This document shows, in pieces, positions 1-10,113 of a DNA stretch of 64,000 bases. The stretch is from a virus. Position 1 is the first letter of the stretch; each line of letters opens with the position of its first letter. The stretch is from the IMG/VR virus record IMGVR_UViG_3300048587_000114, positions 3,646 to 67,645 of that record; one strand, 5' to 3'. A model generated the notes under the pieces. The model worked only from the letters and a program-made list of their open reading frames with translations, was not told the DNA's origin and searched no databases. The translations under genes were made by a program, and so were the position numbers.

Positions 1-356
1 ACGCGCAGGCCCAGAGCACGAATCTCACCTACGTCATCGAGCGGATTCCGGTTACTGGAACCGTGACGGCGGCATACCTGATGGTAGATGCACCCCATTT
101 TGGAACTACCGCGACCGCTTGGCGGCTCGACATTCAACGAGCAGCGTCAACTGGCGGCGAGTTCACGACTATGGCCGATGTTGATTTCGTAACCGGAGTG
201 GACATAGAGGCGCAGGTTGAGTTCCCGATGGTGCTGGCATCTGCGGGAAGTCTGGCCGTGACGGAAGGGCAGTACGTGTACGTATGGAACCGGGTCGGAG
301 TCAACTCGGAAGGCACCCCCCGGTGTTTGGTCGTGCTCGTTATTGAACCCGCCTAG
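1..356 (+). CDS. Hypothetical virion-associated protein, probably 5'-truncated by the window
   Basis: ORF ends at TAG 356 followed by AGGAG RBS of next gene; beta-rich composition. Confidence 0.5.
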   Translation, partial: AQAQSTNLTYVIERIPVTGTVTAAYLMVDAPHFGTTATAWRLDIQRAASTGGEFTTMADVDFVTGVDIEAQVEFPMVLASAGSLAVTEGQYVYVWNRVGVNSEGTPRCLVVLVIEPA

Positions 357-367
357 GAGACAAGATA

Positions 368-673
368 ATGCCTAATCTAAATGTTGATCCGCCTCAGTAT
401 TTTGTTGGGGAGACTGTGCGGTTTTGGGCACGGGATATTCTCGACGCGGCGGGTGATCCAGTCGAAGCCGGAGACGGTACGATGCTGGTTCAACTTATTG
501 ACTATAACGATGAAGCGGTGGCATCGGAGTCCGGGCAACCGGACACCGTTGACACGAACGATTGGTACGCGGACGTAAACCTGCCGCAATCCGGTATGCA
601 CGATGTGAAGATCACCGTCACCGTTGGTGATACGGTGCGGATTAGTAAAGAACCGTTTTATATCTACCCGTAA
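368..673 (+). CDS. Hypothetical acidic, beta-rich (Ig-like?) protein
   Basis: RBS AGGAG upstream; 101 aa; directly before terminase. Confidence 0.55.
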   Translation: MPNLNVDPPQYFVGETVRFWARDILDAAGDPVEAGDGTMLVQLIDYNDEAVASESGQPDTVDTNDWYADVNLPQSGMHDVKITVTVGDTVRISKEPFYIYP

Positions 674-682
674 GAAGAATGT

Positions 683-2101
683 ATGGCTAAACAACAAGAC
701 GTCGTTGAAGTCAAACCACAAGAAGGACCACAGACGGAGTTTCTATCAACTCCGGCTGATATTGCTGTCTACGGTGGTGCGGCGGGTGGAGGAAAAACAT
801 GGGCTATTCTCGCAGAACCGCTCAGACACTACGGCAACCCGAAGTTCTCCGCTGTTATCTTCCGCCGAACGTATCCTATGATCGAAAGCGAAGGCGGTCT
901 TTGGGAGGAATCCGGCAACGTCTACCCGCTCGTCGGCGGAAAGCCGAGACAGCGTGACCTAAAGTGGATTTTCCCTACAGGCATGTCCGTTCGTTTTGCA
1001 CACATGCAACACGAAGATGACAAGCTGAACTGGCAGGGAGCGCAAATCCCCTTCATCGGATTCGATGAGTTAACGCACTTCACAGAATCGCAGTTCTTCT
1101 ACATGCTCTCTCGTAACCGTTCGGTGTCGGCGGGAATCAAGGGGTATATCCGAGCGACATGTAACCCGGATGCGCTTTCGTGGGTGAAGCGGTTTCTTGC
1201 CCCGTGGGTTGATCGCTTCTCTCCGGTGAAAGCCGAGAGCGGCGAAATCCTCTACATGATGCGAGATGGGGGACATATCAAATGGTACCGAAGTAAGCAG
1301 GAAGCCATTGATGATCCGGAAAATGCCCACTTGCTGAATAACCCACATGTCGATCCAGAATCTCTTATTAAATCCGTTACCTTCATTAAATCTACGATTT
1401 ATGACAACCAGATTCTTATTAAGCAACAGCCTGAATACCTCGGAAGTCTCCTTGCCCTCCCATACGTGGAGCGTATGCGTCTGCTTGAAGGCGATTGGGA
1501 TGTTCTTCCGGAAGCCGGAAAGGTCTTTGACCGGACGTGGTTTGAAGGGGTGAAGTCGGCTCCGGTCGGCGGCTCCGGTAAAGATAAAGCGTGGGAAGTT
1601 CGGTTTTGGGACTTTGCTGCCACTGAAAAGAAGGTGAAAGGTGACGATCCCGACTGGACAGTAGGTACAAAAATGCGTAAAGTTAATGGAAAGTATTACG
1701 TTGTCGATGTTATTCGCGTACGGGCAAACCCCGGAGAGCTTGAACGGGTGGTGGTGAACACCGCATCACAAGAGCCGGATGTGCCTGTGCGATGGGAGCA
1801 GGAAGGGGCATCCTCGGGTAAGATTGCGACGAATCACTTTGTTGAAAAACTGGCCGGATACGATGCCCGTGGTATGCGTCCAACTGGTGATAAACTGACA
1901 CGGGCGCTCCCCTTTTCCGCACAAGCTGAAGTTCAGAACGTGAAGCTGGTACAGGCTGAATGGAATGAGCAATGGCTAACAGAACTCCACCACTTTCCTG
2001 ACGCAACCCACGACGACTGTGTAGATAGCGCCTCTGGTGCCTTTAATTATCTTGCTCGATTTGGCGCTGATGTAAGCGTCGGCCCGGACATTTGGAGTTA
2101 A
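683..2101 (+). CDS. terL: Terminase large subunit
   Basis: Walker A YGGAAGGGKT, Walker B IGFDELTH, ATCNP coupling motif, nuclease motifs FWDFAA and HDDCVDS. Confidence 0.95.
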   Translation: MAKQQDVVEVKPQEGPQTEFLSTPADIAVYGGAAGGGKTWAILAEPLRHYGNPKFSAVIFRRTYPMIESEGGLWEESGNVYPLVGGKPRQRDLKWIFPTGMSVRFAHMQHEDDKLNWQGAQIPFIGFDELTHFTESQFFYMLSRNRSVSAGIKGYIRATCNPDALSWVKRFLAPWVDRFSPVKAESGEILYMMRDGGHIKWYRSKQEAIDDPENAHLLNNPHVDPESLIKSVTFIKSTIYDNQILIKQQPEYLGSLLALPYVERMRLLEGDWDVLPEAGKVFDRTWFEGVKSAPVGGSGKDKAWEVRFWDFAATEKKVKGDDPDWTVGTKMRKVNGKYYVVDVIRVRANPGELERVVVNTASQEPDVPVRWEQEGASSGKIATNHFVEKLAGYDARGMRPTGDKLTRALPFSAQAEVQNVKLVQAEWNEQWLTELHHFPDATHDDCVDSASGAFNYLARFGADVSVGPDIWS

Positions 2102-2104
2102 TAC

Positions 2105-3586
2105 ATGAGCTACCCACCTTCCGCCCCACAGCAATATCCGTCGTTCACCTTTACGCCACAAGTGGTGTCTGTTCCTCATGGGGCTTCAGGAGCAGCGGCG
2201 AATAAAATGAACCTTGCGAAACGGGCGTATCACGGTGACTATGCCGCTCCACTCCGGACGAAAGCCGGTGCCCCAAACGACAACATCACCATGAACCTGT
2301 GTCGTTCGATTGTCGATAAGTCGGTGAGTTTCCTGTTTGGACGACCGGTAAGTTTTGCACTCGATCAAGACGTTACAAAATCGCCTGATGAAATCCTTCT
2401 CGATCAAATCTGGAAGTTCAGTAACAAGGACGCCTTGCTGCAACGACTGGCAACCAACGGAGCAGTCTTTGGACAGGTGTTCCTGAAGATTCGTATTGAA
2501 GAAACCTTACCGCGATTGCTGGTGCTCGATCCTACCTGTGTCACGGTAGAAACCGCTCACGATGATTACACGCAGGTAAACCGCTACGTCATTAAGTGGA
2601 AAATTACGCTTGACGAAGCAATAAAAAAGCAGCGCATCTACCGTCAGCGTATTGCCCGTGTGCCAGCCCGGTTGTACTTCGATCCAAATGGCGACTTGCA
2701 GAACGCTCCGCAGTCGTGGACGATTGAAGATGACTACGCCGATGTGCAATGGGATCAGGAACCGACTGATGGAGATTGGGTTCGAATCGGATATGAGGAC
2801 TGGCCCTATGAGTTCTCTCCGATTGTAGACTGCCAGAATCTTCCGTCTGCAAATGAATATTGGGGATTGTCTGACATTGAGCCGGATATTATTCGACTCG
2901 TTGAATCTATTCACCGATCCGTGTCAAATATTAACCGTATCATTCGTAACCATGCGTTCCCTCGCACGTATACGATTGGGCTGGACGGCAAGCAAGCGGA
3001 ACAGGTTGTTATTAATCCGGACGGAATTATTAACATTCCGGGCGATCCAACACAGGTCAAGTTCGCTAACCTTGAAATGCAGTCCGACCTTGCGAGTTCA
3101 TTGAGCTTCTATGATCGGCTCCGAGAAGCCCTCTATGAAGTGTCACGAACACCGGAAGTCGCTGCGGGTAAGGTACAGGATTTGGCCTATCTGTCCGCTA
3201 TGGCGATGCAGATTTTGTATGGCCCAATGCTGGAAAAGACCAACACCAAGCGCATGCTCTACGGGGCATTCCTTGGAGAAGTCTGCAAGCGTGTCATGTT
3301 CATCATGGGACGACCGATTACCGATGATGTTATTGTCATTTGGCCTGAAACCTTCCCACGCGATGCTCAAATTGAGACATTGACGGCGATTAATAAGCTG
3401 CAAGTTGGCTTTTCATCTGATACAATTATCTCTGAACTCGGTGGAAACCCTGAGTACGAACGAGAACGACGTAAGGATGATCCGGGTTCGGTACCGTTGG
3501 TACCGGCTTCGGCTCCTGAGCCACAAGCAGGTAGTTCTGCCAATACCACGCAACGTGCGGCGGCTAATGGTGGACCGGAGCGATAA
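2105..3586 (+). CDS. Portal protein (SPP1 gp6-like)
   Basis: Follows TerL; 493 aa; NLCRSIVDKSVSFLFG and WGLSDIE motifs. Confidence 0.85.
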   Translation: MSYPPSAPQQYPSFTFTPQVVSVPHGASGAAANKMNLAKRAYHGDYAAPLRTKAGAPNDNITMNLCRSIVDKSVSFLFGRPVSFALDQDVTKSPDEILLDQIWKFSNKDALLQRLATNGAVFGQVFLKIRIEETLPRLLVLDPTCVTVETAHDDYTQVNRYVIKWKITLDEAIKKQRIYRQRIARVPARLYFDPNGDLQNAPQSWTIEDDYADVQWDQEPTDGDWVRIGYEDWPYEFSPIVDCQNLPSANEYWGLSDIEPDIIRLVESIHRSVSNINRIIRNHAFPRTYTIGLDGKQAEQVVINPDGIINIPGDPTQVKFANLEMQSDLASSLSFYDRLREALYEVSRTPEVAAGKVQDLAYLSAMAMQILYGPMLEKTNTKRMLYGAFLGEVCKRVMFIMGRPITDDVIVIWPETFPRDAQIETLTAINKLQVGFSSDTIISELGGNPEYERERRKDDPGSVPLVPASAPEPQAGSSANTTQRAAANGGPER

Positions 3587-3867
3587 TGGATAAACAAACT
3601 CATCTAACCCCCGGTGAGCGACTGCAACAGTTGGAGACGACTGTGCAGACACTTACCAAGCAGACACGTCAACAGTTGGAAACGATTCAGGAGTTGACGG
3701 AAACCTTGCGGACGATGTTCGGACTCTTTCAGATTCTCCCTGAATTACTCAATCAAAACATGCCAGCCGTACGTGCTGCGGAGGTACGTAAGTTCAAAAA
3801 CCATATGGACTACGTATCCATGCAGCATATTACGCGTTTAAATCCTGTGGAACAACAAGAAAGTTAG
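3586..3867 (+). CDS. Hypothetical coiled-coil protein
   Basis: TAATG coupling to portal stop. Confidence 0.55.
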   Translation: MDKQTHLTPGERLQQLETTVQTLTKQTRQQLETIQELTETLRTMFGLFQILPELLNQNMPAVRAAEVRKFKNHMDYVSMQHITRLNPVEQQES

Positions 3868-3876
3868 GGAAGTCCC

Positions 3877-3905
3877 TTGACACGCTTTCTTTTGTTTAGT
3901 ATAAT
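3877..3905 (+). promoter_or_regulatory. Sigma70-type promoter for head genes
   Basis: TTGACA-N17-TATAAT, perfect consensus. Confidence 0.85.
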
Positions 3906-3943
3906 GGCCGTATCCAGAACTTGATACGCCACAAGGAGTACCA

Positions 3944-4660
3944 ATGTCTGTACCAATCCCTCCCGATGCGAGTCAGGTACCCGTGTCGAACCCGCCAGCG
4001 AACCCCGGTGGTTCAGAGGCACCAACCACTCCCCCTGCGGCACCACAGACGCCGCAAACGCCACCTTCTCCCCCGGCTGATCCTCCGGCAAATCCTGCTG
4101 ATGATTCGTGGCTTGCCACACAGCCAGAGAATGTGCAGAAGTACATTCGTGACCTTCGACGCGAAAACGGCGACTATCGCACAAAGTATCAGGATGCAAC
4201 TACAAAGCTGACTGAGATTGAACGTGCGAACATGACGGAAGCCGAACGTGTCAAGGCCGACCTAGAGAACTTGCAGACGAATGTACTGCCGACGAAGGAC
4301 CAACAAATCCGTGAACTGCAAGTGCAGATTGCGGCATCCGCAAAGGGTGTTGTTGATCCGGAAGCGGTCGTGAAGTTTCTCGATTGGTCAAAGGTTGATT
4401 CGGGTACGTCCGTTAATCAGGCCATTGATGATCTTCTTGCGGCCAAGCCGTATCTGAAAGCAAGTCAACCGGCTGCGACACCCCCGGCTCCAACCGCTCC
4501 CCCGTCGTCATCGTCTCCTGCGGCTCCGGCTGGTGGAGGGGGGACCGCCGCTCGATACACACAGTCTCAGCTTAACTCAATGAGTCAGGCCGAGTTTGAA
4601 AAGAATCGTAGCGCGATCTTCGAAGCAATGGCAGACGGACGTGTTGACTATGACAAATAA
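3944..4660 (+). CDS. Capsid scaffolding protein
   Basis: Pro-rich N-terminus, coiled coil (IRDLRRENGDYR), LLAAKPYL motif, upstream of capsid gene; RBS AAGGAG. Confidence 0.85.
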   Translation: MSVPIPPDASQVPVSNPPANPGGSEAPTTPPAAPQTPQTPPSPPADPPANPADDSWLATQPENVQKYIRDLRRENGDYRTKYQDATTKLTEIERANMTEAERVKADLENLQTNVLPTKDQQIRELQVQIAASAKGVVDPEAVVKFLDWSKVDSGTSVNQAIDDLLAAKPYLKASQPAATPPAPTAPPSSSSPAAPAGGGGTAARYTQSQLNSMSQAEFEKNRSAIFEAMADGRVDYDK

Positions 4661-4762
4661 ATAATCTCATAATCGGGTGCCGGATGATAAGATGCGATCC
4701 GGCATCCACCCTCCCTCTCTTGTGCGTAATTGGCAAATCGTTTCCATACTAGGAGTTTCCCT

Positions 4763-5638
4763 ATGGCTCTTGATCGTTTTATCCCTACACTGTGGAGTAA
4801 CGAACTACTTGTTTCTCTTAAGAAGGCCCACATTTTCGGACAGCCCGGTGTTGCAAACCGAGACTACGAAGGTGAACTTCGACAAGCCGGAGACACAGTA
4901 AAGATTAATGCAATCGGCCCTGTATCTATCGGAAACTACGTGAAGAACACGAACATCTCCGATCCTGAAGAACTGAACGACGCTCAGACGACACTTGAAA
5001 TCACCGAGCAGAAGTATTTCAACTTCCAAGTTGATGACATTGACCAAGTGCAGCAGAAGCCGAAGGTCATGGGTCAGGCAATGCAGGAAGCAGCTTACGG
5101 GCTGCGAAATACTGCCGACAGCTTTCTTGCTGCGGCATTGGTGGCGGGGCTTTCAACTGGTAACACAATCGGTACGACAGGCGCTCCTGAAGCAGTTTCA
5201 ACTGCTACAGATGCCTACGAACTTTTGGTTGAGATGAAGGTTCGACTCGACATGAACAACGTACCGGACTCCGGGCGTTGGGCGATTGTTCCTCCGTTCT
5301 TCATCGGTCAGATGTTGAAGGACAACCGATTCGTGTCTAACATTGAATCAGTATCCCGAGAAGGTCTGTTGAACGGTAGCGTTGGACGAGCCGCAGGGTT
5401 CGATATTCTAACGACAAATAACACGGTGTACGAAAACACCGGGGCCGTTGGCGACTACTACTACGCGTTTGCTGGAACAAGCATGGCGTTGTCATTCGCT
5501 GAACAGATCGTACAGGTTGAAGCCTACCGACCAGAGAAGCGATTCGCTGACGCGGTGAAGGGACTTCACGTTTACGGTGGTAAGGTTATCCGACCTGAAG
5601 CCCTCGTTGGACTGATCGTAGACCGCCCATCGGTATAA
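4763..5638 (+). CDS. Major capsid protein (P22 coat-like family)
   Basis: ATG 4763 after AGGAG; FIPTLWS, NRDYEGE, GDTVKI, DAVKGLHVYGGKVIRPEAL motifs. Confidence 0.9.
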   Translation: MALDRFIPTLWSNELLVSLKKAHIFGQPGVANRDYEGELRQAGDTVKINAIGPVSIGNYVKNTNISDPEELNDAQTTLEITEQKYFNFQVDDIDQVQQKPKVMGQAMQEAAYGLRNTADSFLAAALVAGLSTGNTIGTTGAPEAVSTATDAYELLVEMKVRLDMNNVPDSGRWAIVPPFFIGQMLKDNRFVSNIESVSREGLLNGSVGRAAGFDILTTNNTVYENTGAVGDYYYAFAGTSMALSFAEQIVQVEAYRPEKRFADAVKGLHVYGGKVIRPEALVGLIVDRPSV

Positions 5639-5688
5639 TCCGATAGCGGTCTACGGACCTTCTTTTAGTACACTAGGAGTAAAGAACT

Positions 5689-6063
5689 ATGGCCCGAACA
5701 GCCCTAACGAAGTCTAGTATTACAGCAGATGCAGGAGTAAACTCTGCGGCTGCGGGGTTCTACCAGACTGGTGACAACACAAATAACATGGTCCTTGATG
5801 CTGGTGGAAAGGGTGAAATCATCCTCCACGCCAAGAACACAAACGGTGCCGAGCGAACGGTAACGGTGAAGGCCGGAACCGGTGGGCATCTCGGTAGCGC
5901 ATGGCGTGCCAGCATGGGCGACCTTGCGGTAGCAATCCCTGCAACATCAGGTGAGCGATTTATCCGCATTGCGGACACAGCGCGATTCATGCAATCAGAC
6001 GGAAACATTCACATCGACATTTCTGGTGCCGGTGTGACGATTGCCGTTCTTAACGTAGACTAA
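5689..6063 (+). CDS. Putative capsid decoration or head-associated protein
   Basis: Position after capsid gene, Gly/Ala/Thr rich, strong RBS. Confidence 0.55.
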   Translation: MARTALTKSSITADAGVNSAAAGFYQTGDNTNNMVLDAGGKGEIILHAKNTNGAERTVTVKAGTGGHLGSAWRASMGDLAVAIPATSGERFIRIADTARFMQSDGNIHIDISGAGVTIAVLNVD

Positions 6064-6075
6064 AGGGAGTAACCT

Positions 6076-6624
6076 ATGGCTGTTCGTTCTTCAATGGCGC
6101 GGCTGATCCGAAAAGTCCGGTCGAACATTGGGGATACAGCCGGTCCTCTACAGGTTTTTTCGGACCAAGAGATTCAGGATGCGCTGGATTCTCGCCGGAG
6201 AGACGTCTACGAATATGCACTTACCGCTGCACCGAACGATCTTGACTACTATGCTGACGGAGGGTGGTGGGAGGATGAACCGACCATCACCCTCACTGAT
6301 GATACCGTTGTAACAGCCGTAAGCACTCCCCTCTACATTGCGTCAGAAAACCCCGTTGTTGGCGTCTGGACGTTCAACCAAGCCCCAAGCACATCAGTAC
6401 GTCTCTCGGGGAGACAATACGACGTTAATGCAGCAAGCGCCGATTTGCTTGATGCGTGGTTGGGAAAGATTAAATTGGAGTTCGACTTCCTAGAATTGGG
6501 AAGTACCTTCAAAGCGTCACAGCAGGCTGTTATGGTTGAGCAAGCGGCCAAACGGTTTCGCGCTCGACAGTGGATCACGACGGCAAATGTACGCCGAACG
6601 GATGACCTTGCGGGATGGTACTAA
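6076..6624 (+). CDS. Head-tail adaptor
   Basis: Synteny; VRSNIGD...FSDQEI N-terminal motif. Confidence 0.65.
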   Translation: MAVRSSMARLIRKVRSNIGDTAGPLQVFSDQEIQDALDSRRRDVYEYALTAAPNDLDYYADGGWWEDEPTITLTDDTVVTAVSTPLYIASENPVVGVWTFNQAPSTSVRLSGRQYDVNAASADLLDAWLGKIKLEFDFLELGSTFKASQQAVMVEQAAKRFRARQWITTANVRRTDDLAGWY

Positions 6625-6625
6625 C

Positions 6626-6883
6626 ATGACAATTCTCATTCGTCGGTGGTCCGATAATGCCGAGTACCGTGTACCGGATATTGACGCCTACAACCGGCTC
6701 TATAAAGGGAAGGGATACTACATCCCCTTCGGCCCTCACGCGACTCATACCCCTGACGGTCAGCGTATTAAGCAAGTAGCACCCCGTGTGCCACGTATTT
6801 CAAGGAAGCCTCATGGTTCACACACGTCTGAGTCCGTATCAACTCCAACGGATGCAGAGAACACAGGACACGAATCTTCCTGA
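6626..6883 (+). CDS. Hypothetical protein
   Basis: ATG 6626 right after previous stop; 3' end overlaps next gene. Confidence 0.4.
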   Translation: MTILIRRWSDNAEYRVPDIDAYNRLYKGKGYYIPFGPHATHTPDGQRIKQVAPRVPRISRKPHGSHTSESVSTPTDAENTGHESS

Positions 6884-7211
6884 TCGGGCGGATATTCACC
6901 GTCCTACCTATGTCGTTGATGAGATGGGTGGGACGGAACCCGATTACACCCCTGTGTATGAGCAGATTCCGATTTATTCAGAACCGCGTATTCTTCGTGA
7001 AATCAAGGAAGATATTGCTGGTGGTGTGATTCAATCTGGTGTTCGTTGGATTTGCCGCGTAGAGTGGAAGAATAACGACATTCGGCTTGACGACATTGTG
7101 ATTATTACTGAGTCTCGCTCATTGCAACAATATGTTTTGCAAGTCACAAGTCTCCTTTCGCCTCAGTCATATGGCACATCCTACGGATTTCAGTGCATTT
7201 TGGTAGACTAA
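6813..7211 (+). CDS. Head closure (stopper) protein
   Basis: Synteny; VDEMGG motif; RBS AAGGAAG before ATG 6813. Confidence 0.6.
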   Translation: MVHTRLSPYQLQRMQRTQDTNLPDRADIHRPTYVVDEMGGTEPDYTPVYEQIPIYSEPRILREIKEDIAGGVIQSGVRWICRVEWKNNDIRLDDIVIITESRSLQQYVLQVTSLLSPQSYGTSYGFQCILVD

Positions 7212-7212
7212 T

Positions 7213-7587
7213 ATGCTACAATACCGAATAGTTATCAGAAACAACCGAATCCCACAGATTCTCGCAACGTTGGATGAACGGGTTGATAACGCAATTCGGG
7301 GTTATGTAACAGACGATCTTATCCCCCAAGCACAGAGAAACCAAGCCCCTCACATTGATACGGGAATGCTGAACGCCTCTGGTGAAGTATTCCGACAAGG
7401 ATTAATGAATTACCTCGTTCGCTTTACCGGTGGAGCCGCAACCGGATGGACCGGAGAGCCGCGTGTGTACGCGATGTACCACGAATACGGAACTCGATTC
7501 ACAGGAGCCTACCCGTTCCTTGGTCCTGCGGTAGACACAACCTTCCCCGGTGACATTATGGATCAGATTATCGCTATCTTCCTCTAA
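7213..7587 (+). CDS. HK97 gp10-like tail completion protein
   Basis: APHIDTGML...YAMYHEYGT...YPFLGPA motif. Confidence 0.85.
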   Translation: MLQYRIVIRNNRIPQILATLDERVDNAIRGYVTDDLIPQAQRNQAPHIDTGMLNASGEVFRQGLMNYLVRFTGGAATGWTGEPRVYAMYHEYGTRFTGAYPFLGPAVDTTFPGDIMDQIIAIFL

Positions 7588-7597
7588 GGAAACGCCT

Positions 7598-8047
7598 GTG
7601 TACGATGTAATTTCGGAAGCCGAAATCTTTATCAAGAGTCGCCTCCTTGCGAAAGCCAGTGTGGTAGCGGTTGTCGGTGAACGAGTATTCACGCACCCCG
7701 GCCCCCGCTACAGCGAAAACGCTGATCGTATCACCTACCCGATTATCACCTACGATTTTCTCTACCCGTCTAATGACACTCTCCTTGTCGGTTCTGATCG
7801 GTTTTGGTCAACACTCCGGTTTCTTGTTCGGACCATTGATAAGGGCAATAGCTCACGAAACGGAGCAGAAGGAGCGGCGGCGATCTACGAAGCCCTACAT
7901 GGTACAAGCGGGTACACACCGAACGGCGCTGTGATTACCTCCTGTATTCAAATCCAACCATATAAAGAAACCGAAGTAATGAGTTCGACACAATACATTC
8001 ACCTTGGTGGCGAGTATTTGATTAATATTAATACTCCAACAAGTTAA
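7598..8047 (+). CDS. Tail terminator protein
   Basis: Synteny before major tail gene; VVGERVF...YPIITY motif; GTG start after AAGGA. Confidence 0.7.
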   Translation: MYDVISEAEIFIKSRLLAKASVVAVVGERVFTHPGPRYSENADRITYPIITYDFLYPSNDTLLVGSDRFWSTLRFLVRTIDKGNSSRNGAEGAAAIYEALHGTSGYTPNGAVITSCIQIQPYKETEVMSSTQYIHLGGEYLININTPTS

Positions 8048-8058
8048 GGAGCTTACTT

Positions 8059-9372
8059 ATGGCACTACGAGAACGAGCACAAGTATTTGAAGCGTCTCAA
8101 TGGGGAGCAGAGTCTATTGTAGCACCGGGCGTTGCAGTGGCTGCGGACAAGCGCCTAGAGGCAATCAGTGCTGCGCTAAAGCCAAATATCGAAGTTGAAC
8201 GCTACCGACCGTTCGGTAATAAGTTTGATACCCTAATGATTCCGGGGAAAGACTGGACGACTGTTGACGTAACGGGGCGACTCGACTACAACAACATCAT
8301 CTACCCACTTGCCTCTGCGGTGAGCTACCCAACGATCACTACACCGGGTGGTGGAACCAACGCCCGACTGTGGGAGTTTGAGTCACGGGCCACGGTTCCT
8401 GATACGGTACAGACGTATACCGTTGAAACGGGATCACCTGTCCGAGCACAACGAGCAACAAATGTTATCCTCAGTGATCTTGGGTTCGCCTTTACCCGAG
8501 GGTCTATCGAAATTACCGCAACTGGTATCGGAAAGCGGTTTGAGGATAACATCTACCAGACTGGTAACGCGGTCTACAGCGTAACGATTGACGGTACGGT
8601 TACTGGTGGTACATTCACCCTGACCTACTCTGCACAAACAACATCGGCTATTGCCTATGATGCAACCGCCGCACAGGTGGAAGCTGCACTTGTGGCATTG
8701 AACAACATTAATTACGGTGATGTTCAGGTGTCTGGCGGTCCCGGCGATGAAGCCCCATTCTATGTAACGTTTACTGGTGATCTTGGCAACCAAGCCATTA
8801 CAATGACAGGAACGTTTACATCGCTCACAGCCGCTCCGGGGACAAGCGCGGTTGCCTCAGTCAAGACAGGGACAGCAATCACAACCGTGACAGCCCTTCC
8901 TGCTATTCCGGGGAATGTTAACGTCTATGTGGATACCGACTTTGCGAACATCGGGACAACAAAGCTGACACGTCTCTTTGAGGCCGACGTCAACATTGCC
9001 AGCCGATTTAATCCAATGTGGGTACTCGACTCTGACCAAACATCGTTTGCGGCAACAGTCGAAGCCCCACCTGATGTGACGTCACGTCTGAAAATGGCGG
9101 CGAACGGTGCTGGTATGGAATACCTGAACACCATCCGAGACGGAAGCACAGTCTACATCCGTATTGAGTCTGAAGGCGATGCCTTTGCCGCTCCTGATGC
9201 CTCACTGAACTACCTGTTCCGTGCGGATATGGCGGCGAAGATCGAATCCCTCAATGACTTCGGTGAAACAGACGGAGCCATGTCGGTTGACTGGATGTTC
9301 CGAGCGGTTGACGACAGCGACTTCGGTGGCGCTGCCCGATTCCAAGTTCAGAACTTGCGAACAGCACTCTAA
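8059..9372 (+). CDS. Major tail (tube) protein with an inserted accessory domain
   Basis: Synteny; Thr-rich; internal TGGTFTLTY...AIAYDATAAQVEAAL segment. Confidence 0.8.
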   Translation: MALRERAQVFEASQWGAESIVAPGVAVAADKRLEAISAALKPNIEVERYRPFGNKFDTLMIPGKDWTTVDVTGRLDYNNIIYPLASAVSYPTITTPGGGTNARLWEFESRATVPDTVQTYTVETGSPVRAQRATNVILSDLGFAFTRGSIEITATGIGKRFEDNIYQTGNAVYSVTIDGTVTGGTFTLTYSAQTTSAIAYDATAAQVEAALVALNNINYGDVQVSGGPGDEAPFYVTFTGDLGNQAITMTGTFTSLTAAPGTSAVASVKTGTAITTVTALPAIPGNVNVYVDTDFANIGTTKLTRLFEADVNIASRFNPMWVLDSDQTSFAATVEAPPDVTSRLKMAANGAGMEYLNTIRDGSTVYIRIESEGDAFAAPDASLNYLFRADMAAKIESLNDFGETDGAMSVDWMFRAVDDSDFGGAARFQVQNLRTAL

Positions 9373-9384
9373 TACAGTAAACTG

Positions 9385-9413
9385 AAGGGGCAACTTACAA
9401 AAGTTGCCCCTTT
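9385..9413 (+). terminator. Hairpin or intrinsic terminator after major tail gene
   Basis: AAGGGGCAACT / AGTTGCCCCTT inverted repeat. Confidence 0.6.
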
Positions 9414-9489
9414 GGGCATTTTGCGGTATAATGCTACCAAAGGTATGCATTATACCGTTTTTTAGTGTAATTAAGGAGTTATCGTCTCT

Positions 9490-9903
9490 ATGCCAATCCG
9501 AGTTGCCGATCTTGCGAAAGAACGGAGCGAAGTTGTTGTCAACACGCCGCTTGGTCAGGTACGTGTTACCTATCGTCCAAACGTTCGAACCCCTGCCGAC
9601 GAAGCGCGTATGGCAAATGCGACAGGCGAAGATGCCTACCGGGAAATGCTTGAATCCCTGCACAAACTCATCGTAGAGTGGGATTTGGTTGGCCCTGTGT
9701 ATGATGCCGAAGATGGAAGCCTTGTCATCGAAGAAGATGCTGAAGTTCCCACAAAGCCACAGATCACACAGCACATTTCGTCAACCCTGCTCGGAATGAT
9801 CTTTACCGCGATGCTGGAAGATATGCGCCCAAACTCACCGAAGAATCCGTCCAAGAACTCGCAGAAGCTCTATGCTACGGATTCACGGGGGAGTCTCGCA
9901 TAA
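9490..9903 (+). CDS. Tail assembly chaperone (gpG-like)
   Basis: Between major tail and tape measure genes; in-frame slippery site C CCA AAC at 9828-9834. Confidence 0.8.
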   Translation: MPIRVADLAKERSEVVVNTPLGQVRVTYRPNVRTPADEARMANATGEDAYREMLESLHKLIVEWDLVGPVYDAEDGSLVIEEDAEVPTKPQITQHISSTLLGMIFTAMLEDMRPNSPKNPSKNSQKLYATDSRGSLA

Positions 9904-10094
9904 AATACGAACCTTACTTTGTTATTAGACGAGCGAAGTATCTTGGCATGTCGCCCACGGAAGTCCTAGAACTCCCTGTGTTCTGGTACGAGTGGGCGGC
10001 ATTAGCCGAAGCAGCGGACAATGCCGCTGACCGCGAAAACCAGAATAAGGCACAGTCGGATAGACAATATGATTCAATAAAAAAACAGCAATAA
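9490..10094 (+). CDS. Tail assembly chaperone gpGT-like product made by -1 programmed frameshift
   Basis: The -1 frame after CCCAAAC stays open to TAA 10092-10094 (...RAKYLGMSPTEVLELPVFWYEW...), filling the gap before the tape measure gene. Confidence 0.8.
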
Positions 10095-10113
10095 TGTAAT
10101 GTAAGGAATTGGT

